Source: a virus (lineage: Duplodnaviria > Caudoviricetes). From it: a stretch of DNA of 64,000 nt. Shown here one piece after another: positions 19,630 through 28,189 of this stretch; position 1 is the first letter of the stretch; the number at the start of each line of letters is the position of its first letter. The stretch is taken from IMG/VR virus record IMGVR_UViG_3300031992_000011. One strand, given 5' to 3'. Under the pieces are notes generated by a model, which worked only from the letters and a program-made list of their open reading frames with translations, was not told the DNA's origin and made no database searches. A program made the position numbers and the translations under genes.

Positions 19630-20058
19630 ATGGCAAAATTTTTTGAACTGACCGACGAGAACATGGAGCTTGTCGAGGAATGCTTCCAAAAGACCGGACT
19701 CCACAACTACATTGAGATGAAAGCGTTCGGAGTGTCAAAGTCGAAGAAGATGATAGAGGTCGCCAAGAACGGGCCTGTCACCGAATATCTTGCGAATGTG
19801 CCCGGCAGCATCAGCGTCAAGATATACGAGGCGGCGTTTGACCGTCTTGACGCACAGACCAAGAAGATGCTTCTTGACGACGCGTTCAACGCTGTGGCGT
19901 ATGATGGCGAGAAGGACAAGATAATCATCGGAACGCCTCAGATCTGCGTCTCGGTCTCCGGACGCAGAACCTTTGGTGAGACGCTCATCAACGCTGCGGA
20001 GGCGGCCGTGATGGCTATAGAACAGATCGAAGAGGAAAAAAAGGCGGTGAAGGAATGA
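19630..20058 (+). CDS. hypothetical protein
   Basis: 142-aa ORF after an AT-rich divergent intergenic region. Confidence 0.65.
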   Translation: MAKFFELTDENMELVEECFQKTGLHNYIEMKAFGVSKSKKMIEVAKNGPVTEYLANVPGSISVKIYEAAFDRLDAQTKKMLLDDAFNAVAYDGEKDKIIIGTPQICVSVSGRRTFGETLINAAEAAVMAIEQIEEEKKAVKE

Positions 20059-20255
20059 GCGCGGAAAAGACTCGTGAGACCATAGAACGGATATATGAGT
20101 CCATGAGAAGAGGCGAGTCGATAGGGGATGACATGGCAAAGGTCATAGAGGAGGAAAAGAGAAGGATTGTCGATGAATACAGAAAACTTATGGAAAAACG
20201 GCAAGAAACCTCCGAAGATGCACCTGACAGCGCCAAACCTACAGTGAGAACATAG
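20055..20255 (+). CDS. hypothetical protein
   Basis: Coupled 66-aa ORF followed by a terminator. Confidence 0.5.
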   Translation: MSAEKTRETIERIYESMRRGESIGDDMAKVIEEEKRRIVDEYRKLMEKRQETSEDAPDSAKPTVRT

Positions 20256-20287
20256 GCCGCAACAGCGCCACACAAACAGAAAAAAAA

Positions 20288-20322
20288 CCCACCTATGATG
20301 ATGTTCATTGGGTGGTTTTTTT
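20288..20322 (+). terminator. intrinsic terminator
   Basis: CCACC-ATGA/TCAT-GGTGG hairpin flanked by A and T tracts. Confidence 0.65.
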
Positions 20323-20438
20323 GTCTCTTACAAAATGACATAAAACGGTAGGATTGGAACACTTGCACACATTATCTAACTATTTATAAGAAACTGTGTA
20401 AAACAGTATAACATAAAATTTACGAAAATCAATAAGGC

Positions 20439-21392
20439 ATGTATTACCCAAAAACCTACATCACCAAGACGTGGTATCAGTACAACCCGTCGGCAGAGGA
20501 AAAGGTTGTCATTGAAAAATACGGAACCGATCCAAATAGTTCCGTTCGGGCATCTGTATGCGCAGGATATGACAATGACGGAAAAATAATTGCCGACGAC
20601 GAGCTTGCAAAAATATTCCCACACATCAAGGTTGAATATTATATCAAGAGAAGGACGGCATGCACAGGAGATGAAGCAGAAGATGTGTGTGACGAGAACG
20701 GGTACAAGTTCCAATACAAGGCATCAGGCAATGACTGTTCATACTCGGACGATAAAACTGGTGCCGATAAGCGCACATCATACCTGTGGCTGGACATGAT
20801 GATCAACGACGGTGACGCTATATGCACGACAGCCGACGGTGACATTAACGGGAAAAACGTATGCTTTCAGTATAAGGGTCAAGGAGACGGTGAAATCCCT
20901 GCCGTGCCGAACAACTACTCGGACAGGTATTACATGGACATCAACGAGAAAATCATGGAAGGACTTGTCAACGGGGACACTGTCGATGACGTGCTCGCCA
21001 CACTTCCATGGTATATCCGTAGAGAAAAAGACCATGTGAAAGTCGGCGGAGAATGGAGGGAGATTATTTCTTCAGAAGTGAATAGTCCGTTGTGTAATGG
21101 TGGCGATCCGTATAGTGTAGATATATGTGATAAACTGTCGAACGTGGAACTCGCGGAGTCAGTATCTGCAGAACTAAACAGGATGGTGTATGAATACGCA
21201 AAAAATCTACACGAGACGGTCAGTCCACGAGCGGAATCGGAAGTAGCCACTACTTTTCCAATCACCGAAGAAGGGCACGTTCCTGTAACCTTTAAATGGA
21301 ACGGTACAGGTGACGTAAAAGCGTTCGAATCGACGCTGTCCCATGCGGAAGGGGAACATGGCGGAACAATAGAACAAGGCAACACACCATAA
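20439..21392 (+). CDS. Cys-rich hypothetical protein, paralog 1
   Basis: Shares the MYYPKxxITKTWYQYNP N-terminus, LWLD and LPWY blocks with the next gene. Confidence 0.7.
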   Translation: MYYPKTYITKTWYQYNPSAEEKVVIEKYGTDPNSSVRASVCAGYDNDGKIIADDELAKIFPHIKVEYYIKRRTACTGDEAEDVCDENGYKFQYKASGNDCSYSDDKTGADKRTSYLWLDMMINDGDAICTTADGDINGKNVCFQYKGQGDGEIPAVPNNYSDRYYMDINEKIMEGLVNGDTVDDVLATLPWYIRREKDHVKVGGEWREIISSEVNSPLCNGGDPYSVDICDKLSNVELAESVSAELNRMVYEYAKNLHETVSPRAESEVATTFPITEEGHVPVTFKWNGTGDVKAFESTLSHAEGEHGGTIEQGNTP

Positions 21393-21393
21393 A

Positions 21394-22896
21394 ATGTACT
21401 ATCCCAAGGAACACATAACAAAGACGTGGTATCAATATAACCCCGATGCGTCTCCAAAGGTCGTGCTCGAGAAATACGATTACGACCCCAGTAATTCCGT
21501 ACGAGAGTCAATATGCCCGGGTTTTGACAACAACGGACAAGAGAAAGATGAAGAGGCGCTGAAGGGTATATTCCCGTATTTGCTCGTGAAATATCACGTC
21601 GTGAAACGAGAAAGGTGCGCTGACAATGAAATTGACGGACCCGGTGTATGTGAGGAATGGGTGACAACAGAATCCGGGGGTGACGGCACTGACGACGGAG
21701 ATACATCTCAACCGTGTGTCGACAGGAAATGTTCCACATGCCGTGACGGATACAAGTACAAATTCACAAACGACACTACCGGGGAGACCGCATATGGCGT
21801 GTTCACTGACGACGGACTTATACACGTGCGAACAGACCAAGGTTTCACCGCTTCAGAAGTGTCTAAGATATTGTGGCTTGACGAAATGGTACAGGACGGA
21901 GACCTGTTGAGTTTCCATGACGATACCATAAGTTTTTGTTGCGAGGCGCAAAGTAATCCGGGGAGACAGAAGACTTATGGGGGAATATTCTCCCAGCAAT
22001 GGGCGGACGTGCTGTGCGAAAGGCTTCTAAACGGATTCAGTGTGGTGCAGGCATCACAGATACTCCCGTGGTATCTTCGTCCGGTCGGAAGTCTCGTTTA
22101 TGTCGACGGAGAGTACAGGGTGATATCAGACATAGTTGTAATGGAAAAGATTGACGGGGTGGATGCCATATCTTGGTATAGCACTCCATTAAACAACTTA
22201 TTCACTACAAAGTCCATCCGGGACCAACTGTCTACCGCGATAAACGCAAGAGTCACGGACTATACCAATCAGTTGTTGAGACGTATCAACAAGGAGATAA
22301 TCACATGCGTCGCCGACGAATGTGACTGTGAAGACGCGTCTGACGACCCGTGTTTCGGCGGGTACGCGTCATTGGGCATTCATTACGGAAAGTACACGTG
22401 CGACGAGCAACAACCGCCAAGTGGCGAGATATGCAACGCTGACCTCAGCGGGAACGGAGAAGTGGGTATTGAGGATGTAAACATCGTACTCGACATCGTA
22501 CTCGGAAAATTCATCAAGGATGACGCCACAGGATGTTATATACCCAACACTTCAAACGCCAATGCACCGTCAGCAGGCGGCACAAGAAGGATAACCGTCG
22601 AACTGGAAAGTCCGGTAAGCATCGGCAGCGGATACCAGGCCAATATGTACACGTTCGAGACAAGCTACGATGGCGAATCCGGCGAAGAAGCGGGGACAAC
22701 CACGCAGATCTCGTATATGAACAACGCCACCGGCAAGATGATGGACTACAACATCTCGCCAAACGGAACAGTTACCGTCGGAAAATTGTGGAAACTGACT
22801 GACGCGTCCGAATTCGTGATGCCGATGGAATCCGGAATGACACCGGAACAATGGGTGAACAACATGCAGTCGGCACAGGAGACAATAACACCTTAA
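21394..22896 (+). CDS. Cys-rich hypothetical protein, paralog 2, with a dockerin-like Ca-binding repeat
   Basis: Paralogous N-terminal domain plus ADLSGNGEVGIEDVNIVLDIVLG. Confidence 0.7.
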   Translation: MYYPKEHITKTWYQYNPDASPKVVLEKYDYDPSNSVRESICPGFDNNGQEKDEEALKGIFPYLLVKYHVVKRERCADNEIDGPGVCEEWVTTESGGDGTDDGDTSQPCVDRKCSTCRDGYKYKFTNDTTGETAYGVFTDDGLIHVRTDQGFTASEVSKILWLDEMVQDGDLLSFHDDTISFCCEAQSNPGRQKTYGGIFSQQWADVLCERLLNGFSVVQASQILPWYLRPVGSLVYVDGEYRVISDIVVMEKIDGVDAISWYSTPLNNLFTTKSIRDQLSTAINARVTDYTNQLLRRINKEIITCVADECDCEDASDDPCFGGYASLGIHYGKYTCDEQQPPSGEICNADLSGNGEVGIEDVNIVLDIVLGKFIKDDATGCYIPNTSNANAPSAGGTRRITVELESPVSIGSGYQANMYTFETSYDGESGEEAGTTTQISYMNNATGKMMDYNISPNGTVTVGKLWKLTDASEFVMPMESGMTPEQWVNNMQSAQETITP

Positions 22897-22913
22897 ATTT
22901 TGCGTAATTTAAA

Positions 22914-23216
22914 ATGGAAAGAAGAATCAATATCACAGAAACAGAACTCCGAAGGATAATAAGCGAAACAGTGCATCGTGCGTTGGCTGAATCCTTTGGT
23001 GGCGACGGATATGACGCGTATGTTGTGGTCGACGAGGCGTCAGGGGAGATAATCGGGAACTACGCCACGTCAGACCGGGAAGAGGCGATTTCTGACGCCG
23101 AGGATATGGCGAGGAGCGGCGGCAGATATATGGTCCTTGGATGTGTCGGGAATGAGTACAGTTTCGATGACGTGGTGTACGACACCGATCCGGACGGTCC
23201 GAGTTATAGGTTTTAG
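22914..23216 (+). CDS. small acidic protein with an ITETELRRIISETV leader
   Basis: The leader motif is shared with other dispersed ORFs. Confidence 0.65.
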   Translation: MERRINITETELRRIISETVHRALAESFGGDGYDAYVVVDEASGEIIGNYATSDREEAISDAEDMARSGGRYMVLGCVGNEYSFDDVVYDTDPDGPSYRF

Positions 23217-23238
23217 TTCCAAACCACAATAATGGAAT

Positions 23239-23275
23239 ATCCGTCAATGACTTTTTTCATTGACGGATTTTTTTT
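23239..23275. terminator. intrinsic terminator between convergent genes
   Basis: Perfect stem ATCCGTCAATGA/TCATTGACGGAT followed by a T tract. Confidence 0.8.
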
Positions 23276-23295
23276 GTTAACGAACATTATCAGTT

Positions 23296-25014
23296 TCAAA
23301 TCTTGCGTCCGTTCCTCTGAAGGCTGAATGACCTGACATCCGGATAAAGGAAAACATGTATTCCCAGAGCGGACGCCTTTTGACTTATGGTGTTGATGGT
23401 CGACTCCATGTCATCCGGGAATTCAGACATGCTATGGTCGGCATAAAGGTCGATTTGCTTTATGTACTTATTGGCGTCAGGTATATATTGCGCCTTTGTC
23501 GTCAGACGGTCTTCCGCCTGTGACATTGGGTGAGTGTACCTGTCGTCATACACAGTCCCGAATCCGTCCCATCCGAATGACGTTGTGCCATTGGTCTGCA
23601 TCATTTCCTCTTTGCCGTTATGAGCGAATATTCCGTGTGTATTGTCAGCAAACGCCATTGGGTCACCCTTTCCGTTACCGTAGTCGTAATATTCCCAGTC
23701 CATCGGTTTTACCCTAAGGTTGTGCCTCTTCCCGTTCTTTTCGTTAGGGACTTTGAAATTGTTGTATGTGTTCAACGCTCGACCGTCTATTGCAAGGCGC
23801 GCCACAATTCCATCATACCCGTTGGAACCATATTCACCGTAGGCAAGAACCGGATATCCTTCGTGGAAATTCTTGTTCCGCGTGAATGACATGAAATTCA
23901 TGTCTGGACCGTCAACATATTCCATGTCCCCGGTTTCTGTGTTCAGAAAAGTCTCAGGACCCTGCGGAAAAAATTTGTTGTGCGACAACAGTTTAATTAG
24001 GTTGTCGGCATTTGTGTAATGATAAAGCAAGGATGACGCAGATTCACGCAGAGCCGAACGGACGGCTTCATTGACCATGCCCGTGATTCTTCGTCTGATG
24101 AATGATTCGGTAAATAAAATTTGGAACTTGTTGCTGTATGATATGTTCCCGTTTGATTTAACAAGATACACGCATTCGTTCTTTTCATCAACGGCAAACG
24201 TCTTGTCATATTTCTTTATTGTCGGGTAGGTTTCTCCGCTTTTGCGGTCTTTCACGACACCTTCACGGTTCTCAGGCATCACATCGTCCAAAGTGAACAC
24301 CATTTCCTCCGCCTTGGGTTTTTCTTGCAATCCATTGAATTCCATGTTTATGTTTGAACCGTCCCCGTCAGAAACGACATCCCCCTCGAAACCCATGATA
24401 TTGTCGCATTCCATCTTGGTGACCGGTTTCCCGCTGAATATTCTATTGTAAAGCGCGACAACTTTGTCGTCATCACCTTTCGAGACACAGTACTCCCATA
24501 TCTCGACGCGTGAGTGTTTGTTCCCCGCGAACTTCCTCAGCAGTGTGCGGTTGTTGTCGAAAACAACTGATATTCCGAAGTCGTGATGTCCATTGCGCTC
24601 CCATTCGGACGGGTTCACCGTGTGGTTTGACAACCTGAAGTCGCCCTTCACTTCTACATGCGGACCGTCCTTTGTGGCGATGACCATCGTGAAGTTGTGT
24701 CCCATTATGTACTGGGACGCGCTCTTTATAAAGTTAAGACGTGCAGATTCAAGGTCGTCCGGCGTAGAGGCCGACATTATCTTCCGAACGTTGTCCCCGA
24801 TTTTCTTGAAATAAGCGAACTGTGCGGCGTAATCCCTTTTCAAAAGGCATTTCTTCACAAAACCGGTGTCGTCCGGATTTCTGAAATCCCCGACGGGACA
24901 TCTTGCGTGACCGCCGGTTGTCTCATCGAAGAATTCGTACATCATGCCTGTTCCATCTTTCTCGATCCAACTCTCCGAAAGCACAAGACGGGGTATATGT
25001 GTGGATAAAACCAT
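23296..25014 (-). CDS. hypothetical multidomain protein
   Basis: 572 aa; an internal FTESFIRRRITGMVNEAVRSALRE linker precedes a LYHYT domain. Confidence 0.7.
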   Translation of the reverse strand: MVLSTHIPRLVLSESWIEKDGTGMMYEFFDETTGGHARCPVGDFRNPDDTGFVKKCLLKRDYAAQFAYFKKIGDNVRKIMSASTPDDLESARLNFIKSASQYIMGHNFTMVIATKDGPHVEVKGDFRLSNHTVNPSEWERNGHHDFGISVVFDNNRTLLRKFAGNKHSRVEIWEYCVSKGDDDKVVALYNRIFSGKPVTKMECDNIMGFEGDVVSDGDGSNINMEFNGLQEKPKAEEMVFTLDDVMPENREGVVKDRKSGETYPTIKKYDKTFAVDEKNECVYLVKSNGNISYSNKFQILFTESFIRRRITGMVNEAVRSALRESASSLLYHYTNADNLIKLLSHNKFFPQGPETFLNTETGDMEYVDGPDMNFMSFTRNKNFHEGYPVLAYGEYGSNGYDGIVARLAIDGRALNTYNNFKVPNEKNGKRHNLRVKPMDWEYYDYGNGKGDPMAFADNTHGIFAHNGKEEMMQTNGTTSFGWDGFGTVYDDRYTHPMSQAEDRLTTKAQYIPDANKYIKQIDLYADHSMSEFPDDMESTINTISQKASALGIHVFLYPDVRSFSLQRNGRKI

Positions 25015-25079
25015 CTAATTAACTATTTTTAACATTAAATATTTTTATATTACATTAGTTTTTATGTACCTTCGCCGAT

Positions 25080-25622
25080 ATGGAAAACAGTAAAGAAAGA
25101 TTTCTGATCGGGATTGACGACACGCACGGCAATTACAAGGAACATGGCGCTGTCGTGGTCCGAACCGCGGGTTTGGACGAGTATATCGCGTCACGTCGCC
25201 GACTGATTGGTGACGGCATAATGGAGTTCCATTCAACCAAGAGCATAGAGAACATCGGCGGGTGCGAAAACACGCCATGTGTGCTCGTGTGCGCCGACAA
25301 TGGGACGAAGTCATGGTTCATTACTGAGGCGGGCAACCTCCCGACTGTCATCAATGACAAATTCAGCGGATGCTCCGTTGAATACAACACGTCAAACCCG
25401 TTGTTCGGATACAAGACGTGGAGAGTAAGCGGGACTGTAAGCGACACAGAAACCGCTATCACACACGTGGTGGAGCACATGCTTTCTGACGACTACAATC
25501 AGGCGGAGCACACGAGAGTCGTTGTCGTGGACAAGGAAGGGAGCGAGGTTTCATTGCTTACACTGTATCTGGTCAAGACCGCCGATTGTCTGAAAAACAG
25601 AAAAAATCCGCAAAATCCGTGA
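25080..25622 (+). CDS. hypothetical protein
   Basis: 180-aa ORF after a TACCTTCG promoter variant. Confidence 0.55.
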   Translation: MENSKERFLIGIDDTHGNYKEHGAVVVRTAGLDEYIASRRRLIGDGIMEFHSTKSIENIGGCENTPCVLVCADNGTKSWFITEAGNLPTVINDKFSGCSVEYNTSNPLFGYKTWRVSGTVSDTETAITHVVEHMLSDDYNQAEHTRVVVVDKEGSEVSLLTLYLVKTADCLKNRKNPQNP

Positions 25623-25705
25623 TATTGGCGAAAAAAATCCACACAAAAGAAATTTTTTTGTTGAATTTTCAAAAGTTACTGCTATTTATATTTCGTAAAA
25701 AAAAA

Positions 25706-25926
25706 TTCTGTAAACGATGCGAATATATTGCACATCCACAAACGGTAAAAACGAATGGTCTGCATATGACAGTAGACCACTCGAAAACCCATACTGTTTG
25801 TCGTGCATCGCATCACGGTAGTTTTATCAACCGTAGAATACTGATCAGAATTCCAATATATGAGGTCCGTGATGCATGTGGGAACACAAGCATTGCGGAC
25901 TCCCCCTTTTCTAAAGAGGTGCAGAA
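25706..25926 (+). ncRNA. candidate structured ncRNA, unclassified
   Basis: Terminal helix TTCTGTA/TGCAGAA and internal stems CGATGC/GCATCG, TGGTCT/AGACCA, ACGGT/ACCGT, GTCCGTGATGC/GCATTGCGGAC; TATTTATA upstream; no credible ORF. Confidence 0.45.
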
Positions 25927-25932
25927 AATTTG

Positions 25933-25987
25933 TTAACATTCTTTAACATATAAAATTTGCAGAAGTCAACTTTTTGTTGTACCTTTG
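25933..25987 (+). promoter_or_regulatory. promoter of the tRNA cluster with a tandem TTAACA box
   Basis: TTAACA at 25933 and 25943, TTTG at 25956, TACCTTTG at 25980. Confidence 0.75.
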
Positions 25988-26038
25988 CAGCGCAAAAGCA
26001 CTAAACATAGTTCCTTGACATGTTGAAGCAGACCAAAA

Positions 26039-26109
26039 GCGTCCATAGCACAGAGGCAGTGCACCGGCTTCCCAAGCCGGGGACGCCAGTTCGATTCTGG
26101 TTGGACGCT
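26039..26109 (+). tRNA. tRNA-Gly(CCC)
   Basis: Cloverleaf; anticodon arm CCGGC-TTCCCAA-GCCGG. Confidence 0.92.
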
Positions 26110-26116
26110 CAAGTAC

Positions 26117-26327
26117 TGCGAGTATAGACCACTTAGTAGTGACCGGTGTAAGCGCTTGGGTAGCTCGAGGCAATGTCCGAGCGTGCAGTCGTGGGGCAAC
26201 GTGCACCCTCAGACCGGTGAAACGTGTTGGTGCTTGTGAAGGCCCATACGAGGTGGCGCAACAGATACGGTTCCCGCGTGGGGAATATCCAAGCCCGTGA
26301 CAGCCGCCGCTCGTCAATTTACTCGCA
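26117..26327 (+). ncRNA. candidate 211-nt multibranch ncRNA, unclassified
   Basis: TGCGAGTA/TACTCGCA closing helix; GCTTGGGTA/TATCCAAGC; four internal hairpins; fills the spacer between two tRNAs. Confidence 0.65.
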
Positions 26328-26330
26328 TAT

Positions 26331-26405
26331 AGGGAAGTGGCTCAGTCCGGTTAGAGCGCTTGCTTTGGGAGCAAGAGGCCGCAGGTTCGAATCCTGTTTT
26401 CCCTA
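26331..26405 (+). tRNA. tRNA-Pro(TGG)
   Basis: Cloverleaf; CTTGC-TTTGGGA-GCAAG. Confidence 0.93.
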
Positions 26406-26419
26406 CAAAAAAAAATAAC

Positions 26420-26493
26420 ACTCCAGTGGCGCAATTGGTCAGCGTGTCTGTCTTATACACAGTAGGTTGTAGGTTCAAGTCCTACCTGGAGTA
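26420..26493 (+). tRNA. tRNA-Ile(TAT)
   Basis: Acceptor ACTCCAG/CTGGAGT; anticodon loop CTTATAC. Confidence 0.85.
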
Positions 26494-26517
26494 CATTTTT
26501 GAAAAACAATCAGCATT

Positions 26518-26736
26518 ATGCCGAAACTTAATCTAAATGAAGTACTGAATGATGACGATGTCATCAAGGCGTTGAACCCTAAAGAATGGGAGTTCAGGTG
26601 TGGCAGTTGTGACAACTTCTGTGACATCTTCGGGAGATATTCCGAGTTCAAAACCATTGAAAGATGCCCGTTCGAGGGGAAGGTGACGTGGGACACTGAT
26701 TGGAGAAAGATTGGCTGTAAGTGCTATTGGAACTAA
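26518..26736 (+). CDS. small Cys-rich protein within the tRNA cluster
   Basis: 72 aa; CGSCDNFC, CPF, C-terminal GCKCYW. Confidence 0.55.
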   Translation: MPKLNLNEVLNDDDVIKALNPKEWEFRCGSCDNFCDIFGRYSEFKTIERCPFEGKVTWDTDWRKIGCKCYWN

Positions 26737-26739
26737 AAT

Positions 26740-26813
26740 GGTCCTGTAACTCAGTTGGTCAGAGTGCCTGACTCATAATCAGGGAGTCGTAGGTTCAAGC
26801 CCTACCGGGACCA
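26740..26813 (+). tRNA. tRNA with a CAT anticodon (Ile2-like or elongator Met)
   Basis: CCTGA-CTCATAA-TCAGG; the GACTCATAATC context resembles tRNA-Ile2. Confidence 0.85.
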
Positions 26814-26822
26814 CAATGCAAT

Positions 26823-26896
26823 TGCGGGGTGGAGCAGATGGTCAGCTCGTTTGGCTCATAACCAAAAGGTCGCAGGTCCGAGTCCTGCCCCCGCAA
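26823..26896 (+). tRNA. tRNA-Met(CAT), initiator-like body
   Basis: GCGGGGTGGAGCAG...GCTCG as in fMet tRNAs; anticodon stem TTTGG/CCAAA. Confidence 0.85.
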
Positions 26897-26960
26897 CAAC
26901 ACAGTCTGCCGATAAGAGATGAACACCTATTTATGTCTATAGCAGATATAGCATTGAAAT

Positions 26961-27689
26961 ATGAATAGGATAAGGCAAATCATCAACGAGGCAGTCCGAG
27001 AGACCTTGTTGTTTGAAGCGATCAAGTCAAGTTGGTTGAAAAGGTTCTTCGCCGAGCATGGAGGTGTGGACAGCACTATGCACAACGACTACTTGGGCGA
27101 CGCACAGGATGAGGATATCGAGGACGTGAAGGTTTTTCCTTCAAAGAAGGAAGCGTTTGAAATGGCGTGGAAACTGAGACGTGAGCACATAACCGGTTTT
27201 CGTAAAGTATATGTCGCCAAGGACGGCACGGCAGTTCTTGTCGTGTACAAGGATTCTGTAAAATCAAACCCGACATGGGGCGGAGAAGCGTCCGCAAAGA
27301 CAGCCGACAGGTATTGGAGAAACGGTGAAAGGTTCACTTCGTACAATCCTGAAACCGGTCAGAGAGTACCCGGATACCGTGACGACAGGGGCACCTACAC
27401 ATACAGTGACGGAAAGTCAAGCGAAGGTGCCGCCAGATTCGGCATAAGGAATTCGGACGATTACCGTAGACATGTGGCGTTCGTCAGAGATCAGAGGGCG
27501 AAGGCAAAACAGAACGGAAAAGAGGATGATTTCAACCGTTGGCGTGATGCAGAAGCCAAGAGAGTCAAAGACTACGCTGAAGAAAAGAAGAAGGAACGTG
27601 ATTGGCAGAGGGAATATTTCGGGCTCAGTGACCGTGAGCGAGAACGCAGACTGTCAAGACCTGCCCCATTGGACAAGCGTTTCAAATAA
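26961..27689 (+). CDS. basic hypothetical protein with an RQIINEAV leader
   Basis: 242 aa inside the tRNA cluster; TATTTAT at 26928. Confidence 0.7.
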   Translation: MNRIRQIINEAVRETLLFEAIKSSWLKRFFAEHGGVDSTMHNDYLGDAQDEDIEDVKVFPSKKEAFEMAWKLRREHITGFRKVYVAKDGTAVLVVYKDSVKSNPTWGGEASAKTADRYWRNGERFTSYNPETGQRVPGYRDDRGTYTYSDGKSSEGAARFGIRNSDDYRRHVAFVRDQRAKAKQNGKEDDFNRWRDAEAKRVKDYAEEKKKERDWQREYFGLSDRERERRLSRPAPLDKRFK

Positions 27690-27738
27690 CACGAATGCGT
27701 TAAACGGCCGCGCCGACATGTCAGTGCGGTCATTTTAT

Positions 27739-27810
27739 GCCCCCTTAGCACAGCGGTAGTGCAGTTCACTTGTAATGAACAGGTCGTTGGTTCGAATCCG
27801 ACAGGGGGCT
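27739..27810 (+). tRNA. tRNA-Thr(TGT)
   Basis: Cloverleaf; GTTCA-CTTGTAA-TGAAC. Confidence 0.93.
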
Positions 27811-27817
27811 CAACATA

Positions 27818-27896
27818 GCAAGGTAACAACAAGGCGCGACTCCCCCAACCGCGCCGGTAACCCGCACGTAACAGCCGATAGGGGCGGCGACCTTGC
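27818..27896 (+). ncRNA. candidate small pseudoknotted RNA
   Basis: GCAAGGT/ACCTTGC closing stem and a GGCGCG/CGCGCC hairpin whose CCCC loop is complementary to the GGGG at 27881. Confidence 0.45.
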
Positions 27897-27902
27897 CGAT
27901 AC

Positions 27903-27974
27903 GCGGATGTAGCACAACGGTTCGTGCACCAGCCTTCCAAGCTGGGGATGACGGTTCGATTCCGTTCATCCGCT
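27903..27974 (+). tRNA. tRNA-Gly(TCC)
   Basis: Cloverleaf; CCAGC-CTTCCAA-GCTGG. Confidence 0.93.
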
Positions 27975-27982
27975 CAAAAAAT

Positions 27983-28096
27983 GGGCTGAAATTTGTGGGC
28001 ATAAAGTTAAAACCTCAAGACGTTGAAAGCAGCAGTATAGGGACTGCTATTGGCGGTCAGATTAACCGTAGCCACATCTTGCAAGAGTTTCGGCCT
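27983..28096 (+). ncRNA. candidate structured ncRNA
   Basis: 12-bp closing helix GGGCTGAAATTT/GAGTTTCGGCCT (with G-U pairs) and internal hairpins AGCAGT/ACTGCT and CGGT/ACCG. Confidence 0.5.
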
Positions 28097-28103
28097 TTAA
28101 TAT

Positions 28104-28181
28104 AGCGGAGTGGAGCAGAAGCAGCTCGTCAGGTTCATACCCTGAAGGTCGTCTCAAACGGTGCAAGTCCTACCTCCGCCA
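28104..28181 (+). tRNA. atypical initiator-like tRNA-Met(CAT) with a T-stem insertion
   Basis: A1:C72 mismatch; TCAGG-TTCATAC-CCTGA; extra bases in the 5' T-stem strand; TGCAAGT T-loop. Confidence 0.65.
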
Positions 28182-28189
28182 CTAAAATA

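Noticed and set aside
26117-26327. RNase P RNA or tmRNA
   Set aside because: The match to GAGGAAAGUCC is loose and lies inside a local hairpin; there is no ACAGAA..CGGCUUA P4 partner and no tmRNA GGGG..TCCACCA ends.
27818-27896. Canonical theta/HDV-like or twister ribozyme
   Set aside because: Only 11 nt lie inside the P1-like stem, too few for P2+P3+L3, and the twister P2 partner is missing. Kept as unclassified.
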